Origin: Sulfurimonadaceae bacterium | GTDB taxonomy: Bacteria; Campylobacterota; Campylobacteria; Campylobacterales; Sulfurimonadaceae | Assembly (NCBI GenBank): GCA_041571435.1 | Contig: JBFFUI010000001.1 | Location: 83,506-147,505 of the forward strand | Direction of reading: 5' to 3' | DNA length: 64,000 nucleotides | Shown: positions 20,130 through 29,510 of the stretch, in pieces | Layout of the letters: each line of letters begins with the position of its first letter | Numbering within the stretch: position 1 is the stretch's first letter | The notes under the pieces: model-generated | What the model saw: the letters and a program-made list of their open reading frames with translations, nothing else | The model's database searches: none | Told to the model about the DNA's origin: nothing | Position numbers and translations under genes: made by a program

Positions 20130-21441
20130 TAAGTTCTCCTTGTTTTATATTTGGCTCGACCACCATCATGACGATATCGAGCAGGTTGTTGTGGGTCGGA
20201 CCCGGCATGAGCAGTTCGCCTGTCTTGGCGAAAAAAGCGTTGGAGTCAAAGGTCTCAAGATAGTATATCGGATCGATTCCAAACGCTTTCGCATTGATAC
20301 GGCTGTTCGTGTCTATAAGTGCCCCCGCCGCATCCGAGTTGCCATCAACACCATCAGTTGCAGCACTCAAAAAGGAGATCTCCGTCTTGCCGCTAAGTGC
20401 CAGCATCACACAGAGTGCCAGATGCTGGTTCCGGCCGCCCCGACCGTCACCTCTTACATTGACAGTCGCCTCACCGCCGAGAATAAAGCAGTGTCTCTCC
20501 CCCTCATAGCTCTCGGCCAGCTCAACCAGCGACGCCGCAAGTTCGTTGGCATCACCTTGAAGCGGTTTTGATACAAGTGTCGTTGCAAGCCCGGCCGTTT
20601 CCAGCAATTCTCTGGCCCTGTTGATAACAATAGTGTTCGAACCGAGGATGAAGTGACGGATACCCTTCTTCTCCGATTTCGGCGTCTCGGGATGTTTTCC
20701 CTCTGCACCTTCGCGTAAAAAGTGCTGTACACCCTGTGGCAGACTGTCGAACAGTGCAAACGACTGAAGTGACTTGATGGCATCTGCAAAGGTCGTCGTA
20801 TCAAAATAGAGCGGTGCAGAACCGATGGCGTGGAGATCATCGCCCAGTACATCCGAAAGAACAAGGACAATCCCTTTGGCTTGCGTACACGCAGCCAGCT
20901 TCCCGCCTTTGACACGCGAGAGATGCTTGCGAACGCAGTTTATCGCTTCGATAGGCATACCACCTTTGAGCATTATCGATGTCGTTGCCTGAAACTCTTC
21001 CAAAGTGATCGATGCCTCCGGAAGTTCGACCAGAGCAGAATTCCCGCCCGACAGAAGATAGATAAAAAAGTCATCTTCACCCAGACTTTCCAACTTTTTC
21101 CTCAAAGCATTAGCCGCTTTTACGCTGTTTGTCGTTGGAAGCGGATGGGTGCTTTTAATGTAGTGTGTTCCGTCAGGGAGAGCACTCTTCTCATAGGCCC
21201 CTACGATCAAGGTATCAGCGATCTTGTCGCCCAGCAGGCCCTGTACCGCTTCGGTCATCGGCAAAACTGCTTTACCCGAACCGAGAAGGTGTATCTTTTT
21301 ATACGGCTTTAATGCAATAGCCGTATCGTTTACCGTCAAGGTCTCATCCTCATAGCAGCACTGCTCTGCAATAAGATTTTGCGGTTTGATCTCTTCGATC
21401 AGTCTGTTAAAGGTGTTGAACAGCAGCTTTTTAGTGGACAT
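20122..21441 (-). CDS. Glycerate 2-kinase (MOFRL/TtuD, class II)
   Basis: GKA, HPLP, LLSGG, RKHLSRVKGG, SDVLGD, GGRNQ, TDGVDG. Confidence 0.88.
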   Translation of the reverse strand: MSTKKLLFNTFNRLIEEIKPQNLIAEQCCYEDETLTVNDTAIALKPYKKIHLLGSGKAVLPMTEAVQGLLGDKIADTLIVGAYEKSALPDGTHYIKSTHPLPTTNSVKAANALRKKLESLGEDDFFIYLLSGGNSALVELPEASITLEEFQATTSIMLKGGMPIEAINCVRKHLSRVKGGKLAACTQAKGIVLVLSDVLGDDLHAIGSAPLYFDTTTFADAIKSLQSFALFDSLPQGVQHFLREGAEGKHPETPKSEKKGIRHFILGSNTIVINRARELLETAGLATTLVSKPLQGDANELAASLVELAESYEGERHCFILGGEATVNVRGDGRGGRNQHLALCVMLALSGKTEISFLSAATDGVDGNSDAAGALIDTNSRINAKAFGIDPIYYLETFDSNAFFAKTGELLMPGPTHNNLLDIVMMVVEPNIKQGELNG

Positions 21442-22204
21442 TAAAATACTCCTTAAGCGCTTCATTCCACCCTTTTGGACCGGGGAAAGGGGCTTTCACA
21501 AGGGACGCAATATCGCAAGTGATATAACTGCCGTCAGGATGCGGTATAAGGATCGGGGTGTCAATACTTTGCAGCATTGTCAGATCGTTTTCGCTGTCGC
21601 CCAGAGCAATGCTTTTGTAAACTGTCCCGCTCGCTTTTTCATAACGCTCAATCAGTTTCTTAATGGCAGATGCCTTGTCTTGCCCTTTGGTGATAAGGTG
21701 ATAAAAACGTCCCCCTTTCACAATGTCAAAACCGTCTTCTTCTGCCAACGCTTTTAATGGCTCAAGATCACCGTCGTATTCAAGGACAAAGGGCTCGCTG
21801 AAGGTACGGTCTTTGGCTTTGGCAGCCGCATCATATGCAAGGCCTGTCCGCTGAGCTATCTCTTCGACAGACATGTCAAAAAAACCCCGCATCGGTACGG
21901 TTTCGGCATACTTGTCAAAAAAACGACGTGTTTCCGCATAAAGCGTACCAAGCGCGATCATCGTGTAGCTCCCCTTTTCAGGAATAAAGATACCTGCCCC
22001 GTTTTCGATGATAAAAGGGTCACTGATGCCCAAGGCACTCTGAAGCTCTATCACCTCGCCTTTAGTCTTGCTGGTCACGATGATCAAAGGGATGTTATTC
22101 TTTTTGATGTATTCAATCATCGGAAGTGCCGGTGCATAACTGTAGCTTCCATGGTCAAGCAGCGTACCGTCAAGGTCGGTAAATATCAAGGTGTCTGATA
22201 ACAT
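21431..22204 (-). CDS. gpgP: Glucosyl/mannosyl-3-phosphoglycerate phosphatase (HAD-IIB)
   Basis: FTDLDGTLL, TSKT, ENG, GGRFYH, LGDSENDLTML, GPKGW. Confidence 0.85.
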   Translation of the reverse strand: MLSDTLIFTDLDGTLLDHGSYSYAPALPMIEYIKKNNIPLIIVTSKTKGEVIELQSALGISDPFIIENGAGIFIPEKGSYTMIALGTLYAETRRFFDKYAETVPMRGFFDMSVEEIAQRTGLAYDAAAKAKDRTFSEPFVLEYDGDLEPLKALAEEDGFDIVKGGRFYHLITKGQDKASAIKKLIERYEKASGTVYKSIALGDSENDLTMLQSIDTPILIPHPDGSYITCDIASLVKAPFPGPKGWNEALKEYFNVH

Positions 22205-22461
22205 AATGGTACAGTATAACTTATAATGCTTATTTATATTTCACAAGGCTGTATATAATTTAAACATCTACTGTTTATTTAAGACATCACACCTGTCTTC
22301 CCGTGCCTGCAGACTATAGTAGACATGCATATCGATAGGGTTACAGACGTATCTCAGGAGCGAAACATTTTGCTGCTTTATAGTTGCGTTGGAAGTACGC
22401 ACTAAAGGCGTGTGTCACGAGCCGTTCTGGTCATTTTTGGTACGAAAACGGGTGCTCTTTT

Positions 22462-24954
22462 TTACCGGTTAGGTCCAAACGGTTTGACCAGCAAGATCAG
22501 CTTCGGCAGCAACATCAGGTCAGCGATGATCGCCATGAACATCGTCAACACTGTCAACAGTCCGAAATAGATGGTCGGAATAAAGACCGAGATCACCAGG
22601 ATCAAAAACCCTATCATGATGGCAACAGAGGTGTAGGTCATTGCATAGCCGATACTCTCATGCGAACGGTGCATTGCCGCGAGATAGTCCCTGTCTTTGG
22701 CAAACTCGATCTTATAACGGTAGATATAGTGGATCGTATCATCGACCGCTATACCAACACTGATCGCTGCAATAGTGATGGTCATCATATCCAGCGGTAT
22801 ACCGCTCCAGCCCATAAAACCAAAGATCACCCCGATCGGTATGAGGTTGGCAATCATAGCGATAACAGCGACTGTAAATGATCTGAAGAGCATGAAAAAC
22901 ATCGCACTCAACAGCAAGACCATAATACCGAGCGTCAATATCTGGGAACTGTAGAGGCTCTGGAGCATGTTGTTGTATAAGACCATGATGTTGGATAGGT
23001 GGACATTTTGCTCTTCTATGCCTAACTTTGTGACAAGGTCACTTTTGATCCTTTTGAGCAGTTCATCGCGCCTCAGATCTTCGTTTGAGTCGATGATACG
23101 CAGTGCAAACCGAGTCTGGTTGTTCTCAATACTGATATAGGGGTCTAAAACGATACTGCGGAAGTTGTCTGGGAGTTCGTTGTAGAGCAGTGCCAGCTGA
23201 AAGTTGTCCAGATCCTTCCCATCGTTGAGCGTGCGGCCGAGTTCAAGCATCGTCCCCAGAGAGAGCACTTTGCCGACTTCTGGAATATTCTCAAGATAGG
23301 CGTGGACCTTCCGGACAACATCCATCTTGTCGGGCGAAAACCAGTATTGTGCCTCGTTCTCGGAAGCAGCAAACTCCTCCTCGAAATCATCGAACTCGGA
23401 GAAAGCATCATCGGCAGCCGGCGCACTCTTTTTCTCCACTTTGGCCGCCTCCGGAGGGAAATCGATGAGAATATCTAGCGGGGTCGTTCCGCCGAGCTTC
23501 TGATCGATGACCGCCATCCCCTGATAGATCTCGGTAGAGGGTTTGAAGTAGTTGATAAAACTGTTTTCCACCATCAGCTTTGACGCACCCGAAAGACTGA
23601 ACACAATAACGGCTAGACTGATGGCAATAATCGATTTTCCGTAGCGCTCTGTAACGGTCGCAAAAACTCTTGTCGGCGAGAGTGTGGATTCAAAATATGA
23701 TACCGGTCTGCATTTTGGCATCAATATCATAATGGAGGGGAAGATTAGATAGGTCAACAACAGGGAGACCGCGATACCGACACTCATCATCAGACCGAGA
23801 TTGATCACCGGCAGGATATTTGAAAAGATCAAAGAGGCAAAGCCCGCAATGGTGGTGATAACGGCAAAAAAGGTCGGCTTTGCCATGGAGGTAACGGTAT
23901 CAAGGACCAGCTTATGCTGCGTCGATGCTTCATCCACACGTGCCAGCTCTCTGTATCGTACAATAAGGTGGATCACGATGGACATTGTAATAATCAGCTG
24001 CAGGGAGACAAAGTTGGAGGAGATCACCGTCACCTCCCAGCCGAACAGTCCGAGCAGTCCCACACTGGAGATGATAGAGACCGTGACGATCAATACCGGG
24101 ATCATGACCCAATGCAGCTCTCTGAACACCACCCAGAGCACCAGGATCAGAAGAAACAGTACAACAATACCGTACGTTTGGAGATCCTTTTTGACATAGG
24201 TGATCATATCATCGGAGATCATACTTGTTCCACCCAAAAAGAGGGTGGCATGGTTGCGGTAGCCTTCCATCACGTCGCGAATGTCCTGAATGTTTTTATG
24301 CTCGGTCATACGGAGCATGTCTCTGTGGAGTTTAAATGTTTTTACGACACTCTTCAGCTCTTCTCGCTCGGCAGCACTGATCGTCTTGTCGCGCTCTTTC
24401 TGGCGCAGAATATCTCTCTTTTTGAGCAGGTCATAATAGAGTTCATCCATATTGAGATTGATCATCAGCGCAGTCGTTTTAAAGTCATCGCTGACCAGAT
24501 TGTGCTGGTAGATCGGACTGTTGAGCAGCTCATATTTTGCCATGGTGAGATTGATGTCCGGTGATTCGAGCGTCGGAATCTTCTTAAGCATCTCTTTGAG
24601 CGGTTTGGCCGGACTCTGCATTAACGGCACGTTCAGAATAGAGGTAACCGACGCTACAGTCGGCAGACTGGTCAACGCGTCACTCAGTCGTCTGATCTCT
24701 TGACGTGATCTGGCCGAAAGAAGATCATCTTTTGGGGTATACGCGATGACTAGAAAGTCCAGTGTCTGGTAGCGTTGACTGATGAGTCGTGAATACCTGA
24801 GGTCCTTGTCGTGTTCCAGCAGCAGCGTCTCTGCCGATGCATCGACCTCCATCTTGAAGGCCTGCGTACCGAGAAAGCCCACCACTAAAAAAACAAGAAG
24901 CAGTATACTTTTTGGGTATTTTAGGATCAGCCCCCTGTACAATCCTCTTAACAT
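22462..24954 (-). CDS. MMPL/RND-family lipid transporter
   Basis: Two TM bundles with large periplasmic loops, TTIAGFASL, GIAVDDTIH, LGGTTPL. Confidence 0.88.
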   Translation of the reverse strand: MLRGLYRGLILKYPKSILLLVFLVVGFLGTQAFKMEVDASAETLLLEHDKDLRYSRLISQRYQTLDFLVIAYTPKDDLLSARSRQEIRRLSDALTSLPTVASVTSILNVPLMQSPAKPLKEMLKKIPTLESPDINLTMAKYELLNSPIYQHNLVSDDFKTTALMINLNMDELYYDLLKKRDILRQKERDKTISAAEREELKSVVKTFKLHRDMLRMTEHKNIQDIRDVMEGYRNHATLFLGGTSMISDDMITYVKKDLQTYGIVVLFLLILVLWVVFRELHWVMIPVLIVTVSIISSVGLLGLFGWEVTVISSNFVSLQLIITMSIVIHLIVRYRELARVDEASTQHKLVLDTVTSMAKPTFFAVITTIAGFASLIFSNILPVINLGLMMSVGIAVSLLLTYLIFPSIMILMPKCRPVSYFESTLSPTRVFATVTERYGKSIIAISLAVIVFSLSGASKLMVENSFINYFKPSTEIYQGMAVIDQKLGGTTPLDILIDFPPEAAKVEKKSAPAADDAFSEFDDFEEEFAASENEAQYWFSPDKMDVVRKVHAYLENIPEVGKVLSLGTMLELGRTLNDGKDLDNFQLALLYNELPDNFRSIVLDPYISIENNQTRFALRIIDSNEDLRRDELLKRIKSDLVTKLGIEEQNVHLSNIMVLYNNMLQSLYSSQILTLGIMVLLLSAMFFMLFRSFTVAVIAMIANLIPIGVIFGFMGWSGIPLDMMTITIAAISVGIAVDDTIHYIYRYKIEFAKDRDYLAAMHRSHESIGYAMTYTSVAIMIGFLILVISVFIPTIYFGLLTVLTMFMAIIADLMLLPKLILLVKPFGPNR

Positions 24955-24982
24955 CGCAAGACCTGAAAACGTACCATCATCC

Positions 24983-25576
24983 TCATGACTCTGATGTCTT
25001 CAACTTCTCGATCAATGTCGCAAATGTACCCTCTTTCAAGATCCCTGCAAACTGGGAACGGTAGGTCTGCACAATACTCACCCCCAGTATATCGACATCA
25101 TAGATCAGCCACGTCCCGTTTTTTGACTTGTAGAACTTGTAGAGGATATCTCTTTTCTCATTCTTGCTTATAAGATGAGTCGGCAGATGGATCCTCGTTT
25201 TGACATTAATCGCATCATCGATGATCACAACCTCATCGGTATAAAGGTCAAGTTTGCTCCGATAGGACTGTTTGACACGCTCTTCGAAAAGCACACTGAA
25301 GTTCTTTCGCTCCTGCGGCGTGATCTTTCCCCACTGCTCTTTGCCAAGACTCAGACGCGCCATCAACCCGAAATCGAAGAGTGGTGTGACCAGTGTCTCG
25401 ATCTTGTCGTTGCGTACCGTTCTATCCATGTTCTTGTCCTGGATCAGGCTTGTGACCTCACCGATCACTTTTTTCATCATCACCTGGATATCTCTCTTGT
25501 CATCTGCCGCAAGCGATTGCGAAAAGCCCAGAAAAGCCAGCAGTGTCACAATGGTAAAAAAACGGTTCATTCGCAC
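24983..25576 (-). CDS. mlaC: MlaC/Ttg2D-family periplasmic lipid-binding protein
   Basis: Signal peptide; FDFGLMARLSLG and WLIYDVDILGVSIVQTYRSQF. Confidence 0.85.
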   Translation of the reverse strand: MRMNRFFTIVTLLAFLGFSQSLAADDKRDIQVMMKKVIGEVTSLIQDKNMDRTVRNDKIETLVTPLFDFGLMARLSLGKEQWGKITPQERKNFSVLFEERVKQSYRSKLDLYTDEVVIIDDAINVKTRIHLPTHLISKNEKRDILYKFYKSKNGTWLIYDVDILGVSIVQTYRSQFAGILKEGTFATLIEKLKTSES

Positions 25577-25578
25577 GA

Positions 25579-26415
25579 TTATTCCTCAATCTGTTTTTGT
25601 CGGTTCTGTTCATACAGGTCACGCATAAAAGGGTAGAGCTCCAGTGCGTCCTGACGTATGTTTTCATACTCTTTCGTATGGATAGACATGTCGTTGAACT
25701 GTTTGTAGCTGATGGTCATCCAGCCCTGATAGTTGTTGTTAACAAGGTTATACTTACGGGCATCTACATAATAGATCGGATTGACATAAAAATCAATAAA
25801 ATCCCCGCTCAGGTCACGCAGGTTTGTCGGCCCGAAAAACGGCAGCACAATGTGAAAACCGCCGCCGACGCCATAATAACCAAGCGTCTGCCCGAAATCC
25901 TCTTGATGCGGTTCAAGTCCGAACCAACTTCGTGCCGGGTCAAACAGCCCAAGGACACCCACGGTCGAATTGATCACAAAACGAAGCGTCTCCGTCCCCG
26001 TATATTTCAACTTCAACTGCAAAATGTTGTTGACAGCACTCACCGGAAAATAGAGGTTTTCAAAAAAGTTGTTGACAGAGACCCGTGCCGGTTCTGGAAT
26101 CAGGTTATAGCCTCTGAAAAGTACCGGGTCAAGCACATAGACATAAAGGCCGTCATTAAAACTGGTCATGACGCGGTTGTAGCCACTCAAGGGGTCAAAA
26201 AGCTCCTCGACCGGGTCTGCCGAGAACTCCTCGCTAAACCCCTCCTCATCAAAAGCCTCATCCGCAAAATCATCCCCGTAACTGTCACTCAATGAGGTGT
26301 TATTCTCTACGCTATACGACTCGACTGTCCCAGGTGTGATCGGGTCAGTCGTTGTTGCAGCCTGTACAGATATAAACATCCCAGCAAGTAAAATAGTCAG
26401 TAGAAAAAAATGCAC
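25579..26415 (-). CDS. mlaA: VacJ/MlaA-family protein
   Basis: DPLSGYNR, RFVINSTVGVLGLFD, EDFGQTLG, LPFFGPTNLRD; start taken at GTG 26415 (alternative 26457). Confidence 0.88.
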   Translation of the reverse strand: MHFFLLTILLAGMFISVQAATTTDPITPGTVESYSVENNTSLSDSYGDDFADEAFDEEGFSEEFSADPVEELFDPLSGYNRVMTSFNDGLYVYVLDPVLFRGYNLIPEPARVSVNNFFENLYFPVSAVNNILQLKLKYTGTETLRFVINSTVGVLGLFDPARSWFGLEPHQEDFGQTLGYYGVGGGFHIVLPFFGPTNLRDLSGDFIDFYVNPIYYVDARKYNLVNNNYQGWMTISYKQFNDMSIHTKEYENIRQDALELYPFMRDLYEQNRQKQIEE

Positions 26416-26490
26416 CTTGGCACTACCCTTATTAACATTATCACAGTTTACCCTCATTATAGAAACAAACCATTAGCGCAATGTTAAGAG

Positions 26491-26898
26491 CTACTTCGTC
26501 TCTTCTTTATAATCAGCGTAAGTATCTCTGAGCAGTTTTAAAAACCTGTCGGCGTTTCGGCCACCCGCTACCGACTCAAGCATTTCAGAATTTTGTGAAT
26601 TCAAAAAGTGAAAAACCGGTGACATCTCCACCCGCAGCGCTTTAGGAAGTCCCTTGTCATTGGAGTATAGTTTTACGACAATATAGTGTTCGGCCAAATA
26701 GTCGACCACCCTCTTGTCGGTCAAGACCTCTTCGTTCATATAACGGCATGGGTAGCAATTCAGCATATAGAGATAGATCATCAGAGGCTTGTCTTCGCTT
26801 TTTGCTTTCTGGAGTGCAATACTGTACTCTTCTTGCATGTCGATTGATTGACCATGCAGTGATGCAAATGCTAAAAGTAGTGCTAAAAAATATTTCAT
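26491..26898 (-). CDS. Periplasmic thioredoxin-fold protein (SoxW/DsbD-gamma-like)
   Basis: Signal peptide, CYPC motif, cis-Pro region SPVF. Confidence 0.75.
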   Translation of the reverse strand: MKYFLALLLAFASLHGQSIDMQEEYSIALQKAKSEDKPLMIYLYMLNCYPCRYMNEEVLTDKRVVDYLAEHYIVVKLYSNDKGLPKALRVEMSPVFHFLNSQNSEMLESVAGGRNADRFLKLLRDTYADYKEETK

Positions 26899-27042
26899 CT
26901 CATCTCATATGCCGTTTTGTATCTCAACAAGTATAGCACACGGCATATTACAGCATGACCGTCTGAAATCTGTAAGAGCAGTTGAAGGCATGCCATCACA
27001 CCGGTAATTTGCTATACTTTTATAACTTATACAAGGGTGCCT

Positions 27043-28305
27043 ATGGTTTTAGCATTTTCACTTTTTTTGGTAACGCTCGTCTTTGTGATCTGGCAACCTC
27101 GCGGTTTGCAGATCGGAACAACCGCCGTTATCGGTGCGCTTGTCGCCTTGGCAATCGGTGTGGTCAGTTTTAACGATGTCCTTACCGTTACATCCATCGT
27201 CTGGGATGCGACTCTGGCATTCATCGGTATCATCCTTCTCTCTATGGTACTGGATGAGATCGGCTTTTTTGAGTGGGCCGCCCTCAAGATGGCCCATTTC
27301 AGCAAAGGCAACGGCTATCTTATGTTCATCTACATCCTGCTGCTCGGTGCTCTTGTCGCCGCTTTTTTTGCCAATGACGGTGCCGCTCTTATATTAACCC
27401 CTATCCTGCTGGCCAAGATGAAACATCTCAAGATGAACCCTGTCGCGGTCTTCGCTTTTCTGATGGCGGGCGGATTCATCGGTGACTCGGCCTCCAACCC
27501 CTTGGTCATCTCCAACCTCACCAACATCGTCACGGCCGGCTATTTCAACATCGGTTTCTGGGAGTATGCCAAGACGATGTTTCTGCCGAACGTGCTGAGC
27601 ATTATCGCTTCCGTCATCGTGCTCTTTATCTATTTCCGTAAAGAGATTCCAAAAAATATCGATGTGTCGGAGCTGGCCTCTCCTGCATCGGTCATCAAGA
27701 ATCAAACTATGTTCAATCTAAGCTGGTATTTTCTGGTGCTGCTGATGGTCGGCTACTTTATCGGTGACTACTTCAACCTTCCGGTCTCCCTTTTTGCACT
27801 CGGAGGCGCCCTCCTCTTTCTGGCCATAGCCGACCACTATAAGGCAACCAAACCCATCATGACCATCAAGGCAGCCCCGTGGCAGGTGGTCTGGTTCAGT
27901 ATCGGCCTCTATGTCGTTGTCTACGGCCTCAAAAATGCCGGTCTGACCGACATCGTCGCTTCTTGGATAACTGCACTTAACACGCAGGGCAGTGCCGTTG
28001 CCGTTATCGGAACAGGGTTTTTGGCGGCAGGACTCAGCTCTGTCATGAACAACATGCCGACCATCATGATCATGGACATCGCCATCGACCAGGTGGGTTA
28101 TGTCGGCAATGAAGCACTCGTCTATGCCAATATACTTGGGTCCAACCTCGGCCCGAAAATGACCCCGATCGGTTCGCTTGCAACCCTGCTATGGCTGCAC
28201 GTACTGGCGCAAAAGGGTGTCAAGATCGGCTGGGGCGACTATATGAAGGTCGGCTTGGTCATCACACCGCCGGTGTTACTGATGGCGCTGATAGGATTGA
28301 TCTGA
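27043..28305 (+). CDS. arsB: Arsenite efflux permease ArsB family
   Basis: IWQPRGL, FFANDGAALILTP, SNLTNI, NNMPT, LGPKMTPIGSLATLLW; ATG at 27043 after AAGGG. Confidence 0.9.
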   Translation: MVLAFSLFLVTLVFVIWQPRGLQIGTTAVIGALVALAIGVVSFNDVLTVTSIVWDATLAFIGIILLSMVLDEIGFFEWAALKMAHFSKGNGYLMFIYILLLGALVAAFFANDGAALILTPILLAKMKHLKMNPVAVFAFLMAGGFIGDSASNPLVISNLTNIVTAGYFNIGFWEYAKTMFLPNVLSIIASVIVLFIYFRKEIPKNIDVSELASPASVIKNQTMFNLSWYFLVLLMVGYFIGDYFNLPVSLFALGGALLFLAIADHYKATKPIMTIKAAPWQVVWFSIGLYVVVYGLKNAGLTDIVASWITALNTQGSAVAVIGTGFLAAGLSSVMNNMPTIMIMDIAIDQVGYVGNEALVYANILGSNLGPKMTPIGSLATLLWLHVLAQKGVKIGWGDYMKVGLVITPPVLLMALIGLI

Positions 28306-28310
28306 TCCTC

Positions 28311-28514
28311 TTATCTTTTAATCTGTATGTTCTCACCGTCACACTTTGCCACGAGACGGAACGATGCAGCCAGTTCATTTATGCGTATGACTTCTGAAAT
28401 GTCTTCGGCATCAACCGACTTTGCGGTAAGGAGAATGGTATCGTTGACTATCTCACCAAGTTCATGATACAGGAGCTCTAATTGGGACAGTTCATAATAC
28501 AAACTTTTTATCAT
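28311..28514 (-). CDS. Small hypothetical protein
   Basis: ~67-aa helical ORF (MIKSLYYELSQLELL...) convergent on arsB; start uncertain. Confidence 0.45.
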   Translation of the reverse strand: MIKSLYYELSQLELLYHELGEIVNDTILLTAKSVDAEDISEVIRINELAASFRLVAKCDGENIQIKR

Positions 28515-28728
28515 AAAAAATAACCTTTTTTGATTTACATACATTCTAACCAATTATAAAACGTAAAAAATGAATATTCCGATATGTTTGAAAAAAGTAT
28601 GTTTGAGCGGTATATTTGTAACATCACTGTAGGATCAAGAGATAAAAGAGTGTGGCAAGAGGACCGTACAGACTAAAAGGCACGGTCTCCCAAGCACGTC
28701 AGGAAAGAGAGGGTTTCGCTATAAAGCG

Positions 28729-29475
28729 TTAGTGCGTCCACTCCGTTACAAACGTCGGTGTCACCGCCCCTTTAAAAGTGATCGTTCCGTCACCGAGTCC
28801 GAGGTAGAGCGTATCGCCGCTGGTCGGATAGACTTTGGTACTGTCGCCGACCAGCCCCTCTTGGTTGGCACGGTAGAAACAGGCCGCCATCCCCGTACCG
28901 CACGCCAAGGTCTCGTCTTCGACCCCGCGTTCATAGGTACGAACACGGATCGTGCCGTCTTCCTGCACCTTGGCGATATTGACATTCGCGTTGTATTGGT
29001 AGCGTAGTTCACGCGCCCCAATGGTGTCAAAGTTGTCGATGTCGGCATCGAATGTCACCAGATGTGGCACTCCCGTGTCGAGAAGCCACCACACTTTACC
29101 GCCATGCTCGATACTTTTTTCGAGCACGCGCGGCGGTGTCAGGTCGCTCTGCACCATCTCGCCGTCGACATGGGCCTTGATCTCACCTGCCAATGTCAGG
29201 AAAGTCATGTTTTCCGGAGCAAGACCGTAACGTACCGCATAGTGGGCACAGGCACGTGAACCGTTACCGCACATCTCGGCACTCGAGCCGTCGGCATTAT
29301 AAAACTCCCACTCAAAATCAAGTGTAGCATGCGGTACGAGTACAATAAGACCGTCCGCACCGATGCCGGACTGACGATCACAAAGCTCTTTTGCCAACGC
29401 CGAACGATCTTTTTTACCAAACGCGTGAAACAGTACAAAGTCGTTGCCGTTAGCAGAATATTTTGCGATCATCAT
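28729..29475 (-). CDS. dapF: Diaminopimelate epimerase
   Basis: GNDF, EMCGNG, GVPH, ERGVEDETLACGTG. Confidence 0.96.
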   Translation of the reverse strand: MMIAKYSANGNDFVLFHAFGKKDRSALAKELCDRQSGIGADGLIVLVPHATLDFEWEFYNADGSSAEMCGNGSRACAHYAVRYGLAPENMTFLTLAGEIKAHVDGEMVQSDLTPPRVLEKSIEHGGKVWWLLDTGVPHLVTFDADIDNFDTIGARELRYQYNANVNIAKVQEDGTIRVRTYERGVEDETLACGTGMAACFYRANQEGLVGDSTKVYPTSGDTLYLGLGDGTITFKGAVTPTFVTEWTH

Positions 29476-29510
29476 GACAGCTTCCTCATTAATTAAATTG
29501 TGTGATTATA

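Noticed and set aside
28659-28671. GGACCGTACA resembling the reverse complement of the tRNA-Val 3' end (possible att site)
   Set aside because: Short, imperfect, in inverted orientation, and no integrase nearby.
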